A DNA stretch of 64,000 bases, taken from the NCBI GenBank assembly GCA_963813715.1, contig CAWFAK010000007.1:768001-832000 (forward strand), given 5' to 3'. Made by a program: the position numbers and the translations under genes. Of this stretch, positions 22,216-32,634 are shown piece after piece. Positions within the stretch are counted from its first letter, which is position 1. Every line of letters starts with the position of its first letter. The notes under the pieces were generated by a model. The model did not search any database and was not told where the DNA came from. It was given only the letters and a program-made list of their open reading frames with translations. The DNA comes from an uncultured Planctomycetaceae bacterium (GTDB lineage: Bacteria; Planctomycetota; Planctomycetia; Planctomycetales; Planctomycetaceae).

Positions 22216-23457
22216 TCATCGGATCACGATCGCGTCGCACCAGTCGGCCCAGTCATCGACGTCCGCCAGCTCGCCGTACTCCACGACCAGCGCGATCCGC
22301 TGCTTGCCGGACACATCGATCGGACCGACGCTCAGCGGCCGCGCGCCGCCCGTGACGAGGTCGCTTCGCCACAGTCGCGTGCCATCCGCTTCGATCGCGA
22401 AGCGCACGCTCCCTTTGCCGGCGGCAAAATCGTCGATCGCCGCCGTCGCTTGAAACAGTCGGTACTGTCCTGCCAATTCGTAAACGAGGCGACTCTGACT
22501 GCGCGTCCCCAATCCCTTGCCGCACGGCCGACCGCGGATAAGCAACGGACCGCCCGCGGCGTTCTGATCGCGGAGCGCGGCCGGCGCAATCGCCGAGCCG
22601 AAGTAGGGAGCCAGCCGGCTCTCGCTCGGCGTGAGGTCGGAAAGCCAGGTCGCCCGTCCGTCGAGAAAACGGATCCCGGCGACGTCGGCCAGCGGCAGCT
22701 CCAGCGTCGAAGCCAACACCGACGACAGGCGTAACAGGCCCCCCGGCTCGTAGCTCGCGTTCCAGCCCGTCAGCTGTGAGCCGTCCCCCAGGGTGACCAT
22801 CACCCGCGGCGAATGCGTCGGAGGCAAGCTGGTCAGCTCCGAGCTGAAGGCGATCCCACGGACGCGAGGCAGTTCGATCTGCAGCGGCTTGCCGGCCTGC
22901 GTCAGCTTGAGCGCAGCCTGATCGAAAGAAGCTAAATCGCCGGCCAGATGGTCGCCGTTGACCAACAGCACGGTGTCCGACTTTTCCCGCCGCCCGAAGA
23001 CCTGGCGGAACGCCCGCGTCTTCTCGGCCACGCTGTCGGGCACGTTCACCAGAATGCCCGCGACCGAGGCGGCCGGAATCTGCACAGGCGACAAATCGGG
23101 ATACGACTTCCACAGCGCGACGACCGACTCGTCCCCCATGCTCGACAGGCCGGCCACGATCTGATCGCCGTTGGCCAGGCGGATGAGCGAGCCCCGCGAG
23201 GGCATGACGGCGTGATGCGGAAACTCGAGCCGCACGACGTCTGCGGTGGCTAAGCGATCGGGCGCGTCGCGTCCCAGTCCCAGCTCGGCCGGTGCCAGCG
23301 AACGCACGACGGCCGCTCGATGGGAACCGTCGGCCAGGTAAACGATCGCCGACTCGGCATCCTCCGCGGCCCGCGCCACGCCCGCCAGCAGGACCACCAG
23401 CGCGCACCCAGCCGACCCCAAGCGGCTGCCGGCCCTCCCTCGCAACCAAAGCGTCAT
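22216..23457 (-). CDS. Secreted NPCBM/NEW2 domain protein
   Basis: Signal peptide; WLSDL, GKGLGTRSQSRLVYELAG, AAIDD..GSVRF, IDVSGKQRIALVV, ADWCDA. Confidence 0.85.
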   Translation of the reverse strand: MTLWLRGRAGSRLGSAGCALVVLLAGVARAAEDAESAIVYLADGSHRAAVVRSLAPAELGLGRDAPDRLATADVVRLEFPHHAVMPSRGSLIRLANGDQIVAGLSSMGDESVVALWKSYPDLSPVQIPAASVAGILVNVPDSVAEKTRAFRQVFGRREKSDTVLLVNGDHLAGDLASFDQAALKLTQAGKPLQIELPRVRGIAFSSELTSLPPTHSPRVMVTLGDGSQLTGWNASYEPGGLLRLSSVLASTLELPLADVAGIRFLDGRATWLSDLTPSESRLAPYFGSAIAPAALRDQNAAGGPLLIRGRPCGKGLGTRSQSRLVYELAGQYRLFQATAAIDDFAAGKGSVRFAIEADGTRLWRSDLVTGGARPLSVGPIDVSGKQRIALVVEYGELADVDDWADWCDAIVIR

Positions 23458-23561
23458 GGCCCTATTTTGCCAACTCGCGACCGCCGGGGGCTAGGAGCTC
23501 CGCATCTGCGGACAACTTTCGACCGCCGTGTGAGCCGGACCTGTAAGGTCTCCTTTCGCGA

Positions 23562-23955
23562 GAAAGTGTCCGGACCGGATTCAGACTTCGTCCGAACCCC
23601 AATCCGCTCCAATTGTTAACCCAGGTCCAAATCCGAATTGTGAAGATTAGACCGGACCAACCCGGAACTGTCGGGCTCTACCTCGCGACTCGGGGGCCAG
23701 GTTCGAGCAGGCCGGCTCGCCCGCCGATCCGAACCGCCGGTCTGCTCGGTTGCCTTGTTCCAACGAAAGTGTCCGGACCGGATTCAGACTTCGCCCTAAC
23801 CCGCATCCACCGCGATTGTTAACTCCGGTCTAAATCCGAATTGTGAAGGTTAGACCGGACCTGAACCGGCTCGATCGTTCCCACTTGTCGCCTGAGCCAA
23901 ACACCGGTCCGCGACTCATCGGTCTCCTAGGTCCGTGCAAGAGTGTCCGGACCGG
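23562..23955. repeat. Intergenic ~97-bp direct repeat, two copies plus a partial third
   Basis: Copies at 23562-23658 and 23765-23861 begin gaaagtgtccggaccggattcagacttcg and end aaatccgaattgtgaagRttagaccggacc; partial agtgtccggaccgg at 23942. Confidence 0.85.
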
Positions 23956-24188
23956 CAACGAAATTCCTGTCCGTCGCGAAGCGCACCCGCGGCCGCATCT
24001 CGTGCCCTGGCGCAGTCCGATCTCAGCCGTGGCGACGGGGCCCAATTCCATTCTGCCACAAATGGCCAACCGGCCAAGATCGGTTTTCTACGCCGGGCTT
24101 GGCGCTCGGTACCATGCCTTCGGGCGCGCCGCACCCCAGCACTCCACCCCGAGCCTCCGACGCGATTTTAATCGCTGGAAGGACGACC

Positions 24189-25330
24189 CTAACGCTGGAA
24201 GATCGGCAAGTAGTTGTTGGGCGTCTGCAAGATGATGAGGGCCATCGCGGTGCCGTAGTCGTCGCCGTAGGAGGACGGGTCGCGCCAGCCGCCGCCGGAG
24301 TTGTGGAATGGGAATGGGCCGCGGATCAGTTCGTCGCGGATTTCGCTGTACCACTGTTCGAAGCGCGGGCCGCCGGCGTGCCACATCGCCTGGGCCGCGT
24401 AGTAGTGGCTGTAGAAATAGTGGTTCGCCGGCTGGTGCATCGCGGCCGACGGGCGGTAGCGTTCGAGATACTGCAGGCCGAGCTCGACCGCCTTCCCGTC
24501 GTAGACGCCCGCGCTGTAGAGGGTAACGACGCCGGCCGACGTCAGTCCAAAGGTCACGGCCTGCCAGCTCGTCGTCAATTGGTAGCGAAAGCCGCCATCG
24601 GGCGTCTGGCACTTGCGGACGTACTCGGTGCAACGATCGATGGTCTGCTTGGGAACGTAGAGGCCGCTGTTGCGAGCCGCGCGGAGGGCCATGATTTCGC
24701 AGACGGTGACGGAGAGGTCGGCGTCTTTGGAATCGGGCTCGTACCGCCAGCCCCCTTCCTTGTTTTGCGAATTGACGATGAGTCGCACGGCCCGCTCGAG
24801 GCTGCTGCGGACTTGCGGGTTGCGGGTCATGCCGTAGACCTCGCCCAAAAAGAGCGTGGCGAAGCCGTGGTCGTACATCGGGCCGAAGTGTCCGCCGGTG
24901 TTCCCTTCGTCATAGATGAAGCCGTTGGGCTGGCAGCGCGTCAGCAGGAAATCGACGGCCCGCTGGACGTTGGCGCCGTACTTGCCGCGGCCCGGCGTGC
25001 TGCCGGACGACAAGAACGCCATCCCGGCAAGCGCCGTAATCGCCACGCGGCGCCGCGCGCTGGCGCTCGAGCCGAAGGACCCGTCCCGCGCCGCTTGCCG
25101 CGCGGCGAGAAACGCCAGGGCGCGATCGATAGCCGCCTGCGTGTCGGGGGTGATCAGCTTTTGAGCTTCGGCCTCGATCGAACGATCGATGTGCTGGGGC
25201 GGTTGCGCCGCGCCTGGTTGGGTGCGTCGACGAGCAGGCCGAACAGCAAGAGCCCGACGAGCCCGAACCGAATGCCGCGCGGAAGACGTCTTCGACAGAG
25301 ACGACGCGACGGGCGCGTTAGTGACAGATG
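24189..25330 (-). CDS. Prenyltransferase/squalene-hopene cyclase repeat protein (frameshift near 25210, start approximate)
   Basis: AIDRALAFLAARQ..DGSF, MYDHGFATLFLGE, SQNKEGGWRY, DADLSVT, CQTPDGGFRY, YFYSHYYAAQAMW, YGTAMALIILQ. Confidence 0.85.
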
Positions 25331-25332
25331 CG

Positions 25333-25770
25333 TTACTGGGGGACGGCGTCGGGATACATCTGGCTGGTGGGGCCGGGACCGATCGGTTGTCCCTGCGGCG
25401 GGACCATCGGTCCACCAGGACCGGGCACAGGTCCGCCAGGGACGATGGGAGCGCCGGGGCCGTTCGTGCCGCCTCCGCCGGGCGGCACACCGAGCATGCC
25501 TTGAGCAGCCCGCGTGCGGCGAGGCTCGCTCCAGTCCTGCATGAAGCCGGGCGGGCGCGCCCCCATATCGGGGCCGATGTCCGTTTCCGGCAAAGGATCG
25601 TGAACATTGAAGGACCGCGAATCGGAGTCGCCCGGACTGGGGTAAATCGAAGGCAGCCGAGTCGTCGGCGAGCACCCGCTCCCCGCCAGAACCAGCGCGA
25701 CGGACACGACGAACAGAGGCACCGTGAACGCCCGTATGGCGAAAACACAAGTGGCGCGACGGTCGACCAT
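25333..25770 (-). CDS. Small Pro-rich lipoprotein
   Basis: MVDRRAT..VALVLAGSGC lipobox, HDPLPETDIGP..RPPGF; forms the C-terminal part of track ORF 25333..28107. Confidence 0.7.
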   Translation of the reverse strand: MVDRRATCVFAIRAFTVPLFVVSVALVLAGSGCSPTTRLPSIYPSPGDSDSRSFNVHDPLPETDIGPDMGARPPGFMQDWSEPRRTRAAQGMLGVPPGGGGTNGPGAPIVPGGPVPGPGGPMVPPQGQPIGPGPTSQMYPDAVPQ

Positions 25771-25865
25771 TTCACGATCCTTCGTAACGGCCGGCAAGTG
25801 CCTGGCAGAAAAGCGACCGCCGCAGTCGGTCTTTGGCCTCCCCCTCCGTGGGTCCCGGAATGATT

Positions 25866-28201
25866 TTACCGGGGCTCGAAAATCGAGGACAGGCCGGTTT
25901 TGCCGCCTGCAAACGCGTTCGGGCCTTCGTGTTGGGTGAGAGTCGGCGGCAGGGCCTGCTTCTTCTGCAGCGGCAGACCAGCCGCGGGCCCGAAGACGAC
26001 CAGCCGCCGCGACTGCGCGATCGCCAGGTAGTCGCCGGCCAGCACGAGGTTGCCGCCGGACTCCACGTAACGGGCGAGAAGCGGAATTCGCCGCCGCACC
26101 CGGCCCGTCGCCTGATCGACCACGTAGATGTCTTCTCGCGTCGGCCAGTAGACGATGTCGCCGGCCAAAAGGCCCCGGCCGAAGCCGAACGAAGCCGGAT
26201 CGGTGAAACCCAGTTGCCACTCGATTCGCCCCGTCGCCAGGTCGAGCCCCCACAGACTCTGGCCGCTCACGATCAATGTGCCGTCCTTCGCCCCCAGCAA
26301 CTGATTGACGCCCCCCGACAACACGCGCCGCCAGAGCGGCGTGCCGGAGCGTGAATCGATCGCGAGCAGCGTCTTCGAGTCGCCGGGTGCGGCAACCACG
26401 ATGTTCTGCGCGAAGAGGCAGGGAGAATTCTCGCGGCGTTCCGGTTCGAGCGATGAACTGTCGCGGTCGCCGCTCTCGTACGTGACGATCCAGCGTAGGG
26501 CGCCGTCCTCGGCCTCGACCGCGGCGATGGCGCCCAGCCCCGTCGCCAAAAACAGGGCGTCGTCGCCGGCCGTCAGCAGTTGATGGCTCAGCAGGCTGGC
26601 GTTCTGTGCGACGTCTTCGACTGCCGCGCAAACCGTGCGGCTCCAGAGTCGGCGGCCGCTTTCGGCCTCGAGACAGAGGACCTCGGTCTGCATCCGCGGG
26701 CGGCCCTTGCGGACGGCCAAATAGGCGCGGCCGTGCGCGACGACGGGCGAGCCCTCGAACGCCGATTGCGGATCGAGAGACGACGCGTCGATCTTCCAGG
26801 CCAGTTTGCCTTCGCCCCGCTTCAAGTCGAGACACACGATGGAGCTGTCTGACTCGTGCAGCGTGCTCCGCGGACGGACGGTCGTGGGATCGCCCATCCG
26901 CGCATAGAGGCGGCCGTCGTCGATCGTCATCGTGTAGCGGGGCGTGCCGACGAGAAATGGCGGAGGAGAGGGGGCCGAGACGTCGGGCGTGCCCGAGTAG
27001 ATGGCCGGGTTCTCGCCGCGATCGTCGGCCCAGGCCGGCTTGCCCGTGCGCACGTCCCAAGCCAGGATCTGCTCGGCCGTGTTCACAATCAAGAAATGAT
27101 TGTAGACGACCGGGTAGGTGGGGAGCGGTTCGCGATCGCTGACCAGCGCGTGCACTGGCGCATAGAGATCCGCTGGCAGCTCGGTCGACCAGCGGGCCGC
27201 GCCGACTTCGATTTCCCGCGGCAACACGCCGTTTCGTGCCGCGTTGATGCCGAACGTGCCAACGGTCGTGTCGCGCGGCGGAAACGACCAGTCCCGCGCC
27301 CGCCCGGCGATCTCGGCAAGCAGATCGGCCAGAATTCCCTCGCGGTCGCCCAGGCGCCCACGGGCCTGGCCGAAGCGATGCCGGAATCCGGCCAGTTGAA
27401 AACGCGCGAGGTGCCAGTCGCCGGCGACGATGCTCGTCATCACCAGCCGCGCGGCGATCTCGGCCGGCTCGGTCTGCGGGTCGGGATAACGCAGCACCGT
27501 GTCGGCCGGTTCGGCGAGCGCCGCGTCGGGAAGAGGCAAGAGCTGCGACCAGTAGCCGCGTGCCGCCGTGAGATTGCCCGATTCCCACGCCCACTGGCCG
27601 AGCGTCAACAGGGCCGGCTCGGCGATATGGGCGACGAACATCTTGTGGACGAGCATGCGAAGGGCCGCCTCGTCCCGCTGAGCCACGGCGTCGTCGAACG
27701 CCGTTTTCGCCGAATCGTCGAGCGTCTTCCGCGCGACGGCCAACCCTTCGGCCGGCAGCGCGGCCATCAGCATCTGCCCGTAAAGGTCGACGCTGACGTA
27801 GCGGCCGGGGCCGATCGCAATCAGCGAACCAGACGCGTTGGCCGCGACCTGCCGGATCAGTTCGATCCCCTGGCTCCAGCGTTTTTCGGCCAGATACTGC
27901 CGGGCCAGTTCGAGCTGCCGCTGGGCCGTCAGGTTCGTCTCGATGGCGACCGACTCGCGAAACCAACGCTCGGCCGCGGAGTGCGCCGGCGCGGAGGCGA
28001 CGCGCGGGGGTCGCGCGGAGCCGATGCAGGTTGCGGCACCGCTGCTCGATTTGGCGCAGCGGGAGCCGGTTGCTGTCCGAGGGCCGGCGTGGCGACGAGC
28101 GCGACAAAGTCGAGGCAGAACGACAGCAGCACCGCGACAGGGAGCACCGTCCAGAGACGGTCGCCGGCTCGACGCTTCGCCCTCGCGACGCGTGCGCTCA
28201 A
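25866..28201 (-). CDS. PQQ-like (BamB-type) beta-propeller protein (frameshifts near 27780 and 28000)
   Basis: AWDVRTGKPAW, FEGSPVV, CLEAESGRRLW, AIDSRSGTPLW, GLDLATGRIEW; signal peptide in ORF 27929..28231. Confidence 0.8.
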
Positions 28202-28205
28202 CAGG

Positions 28206-28370
28206 CTAACCCTCGCGCAGGCGGTGACCAACGTAGAAGATCACGATTCCGACCACCGTCACGGCCGGCATGGCGAACAGCGGAATGCCGAAATCCAACT
28301 GCCACAAGATCAGCATCGGCAGCAGCGTTAACGCCACAATCTGCAACAGAACGCCAATTTGCCAACGCAT
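28206..28370 (-). CDS. Small 54-aa membrane protein, absent from the ORF track
   Basis: Manual translation MRWQIGVLLQIVALTLLPMLILWQLDFGIPLFAMPAVTVVGIVIFYVGHRLREG*; fills the gap between co-oriented genes. Confidence 0.7.
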   Translation of the reverse strand: MRWQIGVLLQIVALTLLPMLILWQLDFGIPLFAMPAVTVVGIVIFYVGHRLREG

Positions 28371-28407
28371 AGCAACTCGAAACAATGACGAAGCACGTTC
28401 TTAACGT

Positions 28408-29202
28408 TTACTTTTTCTCGAAGTTCGCCGCGGGAACGGAGATGGAGGCGGCGTTGCCCAGTTGGGTGGTCTTGCCCGCCTCGACGGTGACGGGGATCGA
28501 TCGTTTGTCCGCGCCAAACACATAACCGGACCGCTCGTGCCAGATCAAGAACTTGTGTTCACCGGCGGGCACGTTCTCGATTTTGAACTTCCCATCCTTG
28601 TCGGTGATGGCCGCGTAGGGATGATCGATAATCAGCCAGTTTGCCGACATCCAGGCGTGGATGTCGCAATTCACCTTGATGGGCAGTCTCTCAGGAACCG
28701 TGAACTCCCACTTTACGCTCCCCGAGCGGTCATTCGGCGACAGCACCTGGTTCTTGCCGTCCTGGCGAATCGGGTTGACGTGCGTGTTGTGGGAAATCGG
28801 GTCGTCCGAAAGAACTTCGATCGATTGGTCAGTGCGCAGGATCAGAGCGTGCGGAATGAACCGGCAGTTGTGCTGGTCGAACTTCACGACCTTGTCCTTG
28901 CTCTCTTTCAAATCGGCGGGCATGCCGGCGGGCGGCTTTTGCAGGTAGACGAAGATGTTGGCGATCCCCTTGCTCGACGGGTCGACGATCAGCGACTCGT
29001 CCGGGACGGCCTGCTTCGCGCAAACCTCGGCGTTCTTGACGTTCCCATCACCCTCTTTGACCAGCGGCGCCAACTTCGGAACTTCTCCGTCGAAAACAAA
29101 CTGTCCCGCGACGGTGCCCCCGCCGTCCGCATGCGCGCGATCGACGCACCACGGCGCGACTGACAGGGCGACGACAGCCAAACTCTTCGCAAGCATTCTC
29201 AT
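28408..29202 (-). CDS. Secreted cupredoxin-like / carboxypeptidase-regulatory-like protein
   Basis: Signal peptide; DQHNCRFIPH, SHNTH, CDIHAWM (His...Cys-x2-His-x2-Met), HPYAAITDKDGKFKIENVPAG. Confidence 0.75.
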   Translation of the reverse strand: MRMLAKSLAVVALSVAPWCVDRAHADGGGTVAGQFVFDGEVPKLAPLVKEGDGNVKNAEVCAKQAVPDESLIVDPSSKGIANIFVYLQKPPAGMPADLKESKDKVVKFDQHNCRFIPHALILRTDQSIEVLSDDPISHNTHVNPIRQDGKNQVLSPNDRSGSVKWEFTVPERLPIKVNCDIHAWMSANWLIIDHPYAAITDKDGKFKIENVPAGEHKFLIWHERSGYVFGADKRSIPVTVEAGKTTQLGNAASISVPAANFEKK

Positions 29203-29282
29203 GATGTTCCTTTCGAAGTCGGACCGGCCAGCGAAACCGATCCGATCCAGGTGCAGCCAGCGTCGATCTTAGCGAGCGGCCG

Positions 29283-30398
29283 TCAAAACCCCCAGTCGTA
29301 GCGGTCGATGTTGTCCTTGGTGAACTTGAGCGGTTCGGGCGACATGATGACCGTCGTCGCTTCCCGCGGACTGAAGGTCAGGGCGGGCGAACCGTTGATC
29401 GATTGCCCCGCCTTAGGTGACTTCCCCTCGACGAGGGCCACGGCCAAGCGCACCGTGAGATCGCCCAGTTGCCGCGGGTCCCACAGGTAAAAGCTTTCGA
29501 GCACGCCGTCTTTGAGATATTGCTTCATCGGCGCGGGAGTGGTGTTGCCGCATAGGGCCACTTTGCCCGCTTTGCCGGTCCGCTTGAGCGCCTCGGCCGC
29601 GCCGGGAACGGAATTGGAATCGAAGGCGATCATCCCCTTGAGATTGGGATGCACGTTGAGCAACGTTTCGACGAGCTTGCGCGACTTGTCGACGTCCTCC
29701 TCGGTCACGACCGTGTCGACCTTCACCAGCTTGGGATATTTTTCGGTGGCCCGCGCTTCGGCATACCGCCGCCAGGTGTTGAGGTTGTCGGCATTTAGGC
29801 TGGCGATGACGACGGCCCACTCCCCTTCCTCGTGCATCTGGCGGGCGATCTCGTCCATCAAGGATTCGCCGAGCCGCTTGTCATCGATCTGATTGACCAT
29901 CAGATCGCGGCCACTGTCGGGCGCGTCGCTATCCCAGGTGAGCACTTTGATGCCGTGCGACTGCGCCTGCTGCACCAGGCGTTTGATCGCCTTGGGTTCG
30001 TTGGGAGCGATGCAGATCGCGTCGACGCCCTGACGGATCCAAGCTTCGATGAACTTGTTCTGATCGCTGGCACTGGGATCGGTCGGGCCGTCGTAGACCA
30101 GTCGCACGCCCAGTTCGCCCGCCGCCTTCTGGGCTCCCTCCTGGCACGCGCGAAAGTAGGCGATGTTCGTCAGCTTGGGCAGCATGGCGATCGTGATCTG
30201 ATCGCGAGACTTGGCGGCGCCGCCTGCCTGACCCGTGCCGGTGCTCGGCGGCTCTTGCCCACAGCCGGCTAACGCCGCGAGCACGAGAACAGCCGGGCCC
30301 CAACGAACCGGCAAACCGCCGCCATGAGCGGTCCGGCATTTTCGAGCGAGATGAGACGTGCCACCAGTCGGGGGATCAAGCGCGCTGATCATGACCAT
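29283..30398 (-). CDS. Sugar ABC transporter substrate-binding lipoprotein (RhaS/LsrB-like)
   Basis: Lipobox LAGC; MLPKLTNIAYF, GVDAICIAPN, VLTWDSD, LWDPRQLG, FTKDNIDRYDW. Confidence 0.85.
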   Translation of the reverse strand: MVMISALDPPTGGTSHLARKCRTAHGGGLPVRWGPAVLVLAALAGCGQEPPSTGTGQAGGAAKSRDQITIAMLPKLTNIAYFRACQEGAQKAAGELGVRLVYDGPTDPSASDQNKFIEAWIRQGVDAICIAPNEPKAIKRLVQQAQSHGIKVLTWDSDAPDSGRDLMVNQIDDKRLGESLMDEIARQMHEEGEWAVVIASLNADNLNTWRRYAEARATEKYPKLVKVDTVVTEEDVDKSRKLVETLLNVHPNLKGMIAFDSNSVPGAAEALKRTGKAGKVALCGNTTPAPMKQYLKDGVLESFYLWDPRQLGDLTVRLAVALVEGKSPKAGQSINGSPALTFSPREATTVIMSPEPLKFTKDNIDRYDWGF

Positions 30399-30503
30399 AC
30401 CGTACAACGTGAGTACGGCTGGCGACAACGATTCGAAGTCGAGAGACGATGCGTGCCCGAGACGCAGTTCGAGCAAAAAGTAAGAAGGGCAAAACCGGCG
30501 GGC

Positions 30504-31487
30504 TTATCCGCCGCGGGCGGACCGCTCGCCGGGGCGGCGCGTGTTGAGCCAGACGCCGACGACCAGGAGCGTTCCCAACAGCACGAATCGCAGGTTGCCG
30601 AACCTGAACGGCAAATGTTGCTTGATCCAGAAATCCGATCCGCCGGCCTGCAATCCCTCGACCAGGACCGAGACGAGCAGCACGCCCAGGATCGAGCCGC
30701 CCAGCGTGCCGCGGCCGCCCGTCACTGCCGTTCCCCCTAACACCACCGCGACGATCACCTGCAGTTCGAGCCCTACGTATGACGCCTGGCTGGCCGACCC
30801 GTCGTGGGCGGTGAAGCAAATCGCCGCGAGCGCCGCCAGGATGCCGCTGAGCGTGTAGACCTCGATCAGCCGACGGCCGACCGGAATGGCCGCGTAGCGG
30901 GCGGCCACGCGGTTGCCGCCGATCATCAGGATCTCACGCCGCCAGCGCGACGCGCGAAACCAGCCGCCGCCCAAGATCAGCACGGCTCCGACCAGGGCCA
31001 GCGAACCGGGCAGTTCGCCCAGCCGCGCGTAGCCCGGAACGTCGAAGAACGGGTTGTACTTCGCCCCCTTGAGCACGGCCTCGCACAAGCCGCGATAAAG
31101 AAAGAGCGTGCCGAGCGTGGCGATGATCGGCGGCACGTCGCAGGCCGCCACCAACAGCCCGTTCGCCAACCCCAAGCCGGCTCCGAGCGCGAGGCCGATC
31201 GGCACGGCGGTCACCCAGAACTTCGGCCCCGGCTCGAACGTCGAAAGCACGCAGGCCACAAGTGCCGTCATCGACGCAACGGACAGATCGATGCCGCCGG
31301 AGATCAACACGACCGTCATCCCCAGCGACAGCAACAGGACCGGAGCCGCTTCGATCAACAGGTCGTTGGCATAGGCCTCGAACGTCGGCAGAAAATGCGA
31401 CCAGCGGACGCCGGACAACGGCGCCAAGAGCACGATCTCGATCAGCAAGAGTGTTGGCAGGATCAAACGGGGAGCGATGCGAGTCAT
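30504..31487 (-). CDS. Sugar ABC transporter permease 2
   Basis: GMTVVLISGGIDLSV, PPIIATLGT, IGGNRVAARYAAI, LELQVIVAVVLGGT; ATG overlaps the stop of permease 1. Confidence 0.88.
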   Translation of the reverse strand: MTRIAPRLILPTLLLIEIVLLAPLSGVRWSHFLPTFEAYANDLLIEAAPVLLLSLGMTVVLISGGIDLSVASMTALVACVLSTFEPGPKFWVTAVPIGLALGAGLGLANGLLVAACDVPPIIATLGTLFLYRGLCEAVLKGAKYNPFFDVPGYARLGELPGSLALVGAVLILGGGWFRASRWRREILMIGGNRVAARYAAIPVGRRLIEVYTLSGILAALAAICFTAHDGSASQASYVGLELQVIVAVVLGGTAVTGGRGTLGGSILGVLLVSVLVEGLQAGGSDFWIKQHLPFRFGNLRFVLLGTLLVVGVWLNTRRPGERSARGG

Positions 31488-32468
31488 CGCAGCTCCTCCA
31501 TCAACTGGCGGCGGCGGTTCAGCGCGCAGTCGATGCCGATCACCGCGAGGATGGCCGCTCCTTGCACGGCCGTCCGCCAATACTCGCCGACTCCTGCGTA
31601 GAGCATGGCCGGACCGAGCAAGTACAAAAAGAGTCCGCCGAGCGCCGTTCCCGCTGCACTCCCCTGCCCGCCAAAAATGCTCGTGCCGCCCAGTACGTTG
31701 GCGGCAATCACGTTCAGCTCGAAGCCTGTGCCCAGGCGGGCCGGTTCGATCGTGTTGTGATTGGTGACGTCGACCAGGGCCGACAGCCCCAGAAAAACTC
31801 CGCCGACGAGCAAACGCGCTGAACAGAATTCGGTCGGGGGCGAGCCCACTCAGCCGGCAAGCCGTCTCCGAGTTGCCCAGCGCAAGCCACGTGCGGGGCG
31901 TTTTACCGAAACACTCGCCCCACAAAGCGAAGACGATCGCGGCCAGCAGGATCCAGCCGGCATAAACCAGCCCAGGCTGATGGTAGGCGTCGCCCGTGAT
32001 GGTGAATTGCTCGCCGAAGCCGCGCGAGGCGACCTCGGCCAGGATCAGCGCCAGTCCTCGGTAAAACGCCAATCCGGCGAGCGTGACAATGATCGCCGGG
32101 ATTCGCAGCACGCGAATCAACAGGCCGTTGTAGGCCGACAGTCCGAAGGCGGTGAGGAAGCAGGCGGCAAAGCAGCCATAAGGGCCGACGCCCCGCGCGT
32201 AGAGCACGCCGAAGACGGTCCCCGCCACACCCAGGATTGAGCCCACCGACAGATCCATCGCGCCGCAGCAGATGATGCCCGTTTGCCCGAGCGCGGCCAG
32301 AATCGTGGGGGCAACGTTGGGCGCGATGTGCCGCGCTTCGTCGGCAAACGAGGCCCCAGTCACGGTCGCCCGCCACCAGATGAAGCCCAGCAAAAGCGCA
32401 TCGGCCGCGACGAGAAACACGATCCGCCGCCGCACCGATTTCGGCATCCGCCGCCAGAAGGAGCGCAT
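31484..32468 (-). CDS. Sugar ABC transporter permease 1 (frameshift near 31815)
   Basis: GAMDLSVGS, IPAIIVTL, ALGNSETACRLSG, then GFELNVIAANVLGGTSIFGG in ORF 31484..31849. Confidence 0.85.
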
Positions 32469-32499
32469 CAGTTCGCCCCCGGTGGGATGCTAATTGAAT

Positions 32500-32583
32500 G
32501 GGTGGCACTGGCGGCTTGTCCGCCAGTGGTCTTTTTCGTGCGCCAAGACGAAGACACTGGCGGACAAGCCGCCAGTGCCACCC
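32500..32583. repeat. REP-like inverted doublet, perfect 29-bp arms
   Basis: gggtggcactggcggcttgtccgccagtg (32500-32528) and its exact reverse complement (32555-32583); each arm is itself a hairpin. Confidence 0.88.
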
Positions 32584-32634
32584 GGAAGAAGCGTGCCACC
32601 CGAATCGGCGCGTGTGCTGTTAACGACGCGATGC

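Noticed and set aside
23562..23955. CRISPR array or integron attC interpretation of the 97-bp repeat
   Set aside because: Unit too long and too few copies for CRISPR, and no cas genes. Copy 2 has ctaac...gttagac but no complementary L boxes, copy 1 lacks GTT, and there is no integron integrase.
25333..28107. 924-aa ORF
   Set aside because: Only the last ~145 aa (lipoprotein) look real; the rest is an off-frame reading of the PQQ-propeller gene.
30504..32468. Single 654-aa fused double permease
   Set aside because: A frameshift near 31815 joins two genes; correcting it gives two permeases with an ATGA overlap at 31484-31487.
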